DNA from: Phyllobates terribilis
Taxonomy: Eukaryota
Length of the DNA stretch: 64,000 bases
Direction: 5' to 3'
NCBI RefSeq assembly: GCF_046119375.1
Contig: NW_027362764.1
Span: forward strand, 164,548,001 to 164,612,000
Below are positions 61,948 to 64,000 of this stretch, in pieces. Each line of letters starts with the position of its first letter. The stretch's first letter is position 1. Below the pieces are notes generated by a model. That model was not told the DNA's origin. It saw nothing but the letters and a program-made list of their open reading frames with translations, and did not search any database. A program made the position numbers and the translations under genes.

Positions 61948-63615
61948 GTTGTAATCATACAGGGAGGCCACCTGTATTTGACTCTTATTTATTAGCCACA
62001 GTAGATAGCAGGTGCAAGGAGCATCTCCATGGAGGACCATCCAGTGCAATGCTTCAATGTGGGGTGCTACAGGGAGATTGAACACTTACTGCTTAGATCC
62101 CCTACATAGTTGATTACTGGGAGACATCCTGTGATTGACACTTTGTTCAAATATTTGCAATTTTTTTGTATGGGTGAAACAAGTTGAAATAATATATCAC
62201 AAAGAGGTGAAAAAGGCCAGAGATCTTTTCTGTTAATATGGAAGAAATGAAGATAATGTGCTTATTAGAGCATCTCATTTCACTACTTCTGCTCACCAGA
62301 AATCATTTTTAGGCTAAGGATTTTGTAATGTTTATGGCTATTCACTGGCCATGGAGTTGGCCATATCTGCCCCGGTATATGACCCCTATAACTAAGTCCT
62401 CAGCACTGTATGGGAATATTATTCTTGAATTATGCATCGCTTCCTTTTACTAATTAAAGCCTATATATTCTGAATGCTTTACATAGCGATACTCTGTACC
62501 TTTTCTAGAAGTCTATTTTCTTTATTTCTAAGACCTCCCAAGCCTGTCCCCTGATACATCAATTAGCCACTAATTGCACAGAAATGTCTGTGTGTAATGT
62601 ATCAGTAATACAGACAGACTGGCCGGGTAAGTATCTCGTGTTTGCTTTGGATTAATGTTTGTGCTCCAGTGGAGATCATGTCCTTTTGGCATCCCCCAAG
62701 AGGAAATGAGGACAAGCCATTAAAGGTTTACGTTTTTTGGCAAGCGTTCACATGGAGAGCTGAAGTCACATAGAGAGTTTTATTTTTTTATATTAATCCA
62801 TAGAAGATGAATCCCCCCGCCTCACGCTGCCCCCGCTCTGCCTTTTGCTCTCTTTCCATTCCTGTGATGTACATCTGTTCCATTAGGTTTTACCGCTCAG
62901 TATTCAGAATAACTAGAAGGAAGTCCTCACAATTGCACTTTTCTATCCCATTCTTGTCTCATTTATATTTCGGACATAAGTACAGGCCACCGACATAGAG
63001 GATATTAAAAACAGGGCATTTCCTCTTTCCTGCCTAATTCCCTTGATTCTTTTGGGGAGACTTCTGTTTTTAATTAATTGTTTCCCAGCAGGGCTATTGA
63101 AATTGTGTGATGTCTACCCCAATCTCTGGCATCCTTCACAAGCTTATTACTGCCGTCATTTAACTCATGCCCCAAAGACTTTTATTGTACCTGGCCGAGA
63201 AATCATCTCTGATCACAGGGCGATGGTATATAGCGGGCCCATATATCCTCATAGGCAATAGATGCAGGGGTAAGGAAACCCTATGACTGACAGCCAAGGA
63301 AGGAGTCTCCATATACACTATGTAAATGGAGAAAATATTGCTTACTGATTTTCAAAAATCTTTGCTCATTATGAGGCGTCAGTCAGATGTTGGGACCATC
63401 AAAGTCACCACTTTATCAAAGCTACTTAATTCTGAACATTAAAACTTTGACAGATCATCGTATGATATATGTCCCTTGTAGCTAAATATGGAACATAGTC
63501 TTTGTTCCGTGTTCTAAGGTGCATAGATTTATTATTTACTATTAAAGGAAATATATCATCAGAAAATTACCTATTATTTAAATCAAGCTTTCGTGTTACA
63601 TGTATATATTCTTTA

Positions 63616-63676
<61 letters not shown>

Positions 63677-63679
<3 letters not shown>

Positions 63680-64000
63680 CTCTGGCAAAAATTAAGAGAC
63701 CACTGAACAGTTTTCTATTGGAAAGACTGGTGGAAAACACACCAAGACACATGAAAGCTGTGATTAAAAATTATGGTTATTCCACCAAATATTGATTTCT
63801 GAACTATTCCTGGGTTAAAACATGAGTAATTTGAGGTCTGAAACCACTGTTTCTTTTTTAGTATTTTGACGCTTTATCATTTGCAGCAAATAAATAACAT
63901 TTTTAGCTTTGAATTTCGGAGACATGTTGTCAGTAGTTTATAGACTAAAACAACAATGTACATTTTACTAAAAAATATACCTATAAAGAGAAAAATCAGA
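63677..64000 (+). mobile_element. Internally deleted Tc1 element inserted in (TA)n; continues off the right edge
   Basis: TA followed by a CAGCTCTGGCAAAAATTAAGAGACCACTG terminus joined directly to the transposase C-terminus LERLVENTPRHMKAVIKNYGYSTKY*. Confidence 0.8.

Noticed and set aside
62533-62626. Possible exon ending in CGG|GTAAGT
   Set aside because: Good donor, but the peptide is unrecognised and has no link to other candidate exons.

Overview
AT-rich vertebrate genomic DNA with seven assembly gaps, most likely from a frog; this is inferred from the repeat repertoire. It is not prokaryotic and I found no CRISPR array, rRNA or true tRNA gene. The window is dominated by transposable elements: two CR1 LINEs, L2/Crack-type and RTE LINE 3' fragments, tRNA-derived SINEs with L2-like tails, a full-length DD38E Tc1/mariner element with an open but catalytically mutated transposase, degraded Tc1 copies, and many palindromic MITEs (TTAA Kolobok/T2-type, piggyBac-like, TWA Harbinger-type, 8-bp-TSD hAT-type). 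A CpG-rich promoter-like region at about 35.4-36.1 kb carries CRE, CCAAT, GC-box and TATA motifs. It is followed directly by a ~1.8-kb 24-bp minisatellite whose main unit contains a canonical RFX X-box. Three minimal type I hammerhead ribozyme motifs of the Penelope/retrozyme kind lie on the minus strand, one with a compensatory U3-A8 core. No host protein-coding gene could be named; one plausible 99-bp coding exon is at 46004-46102.
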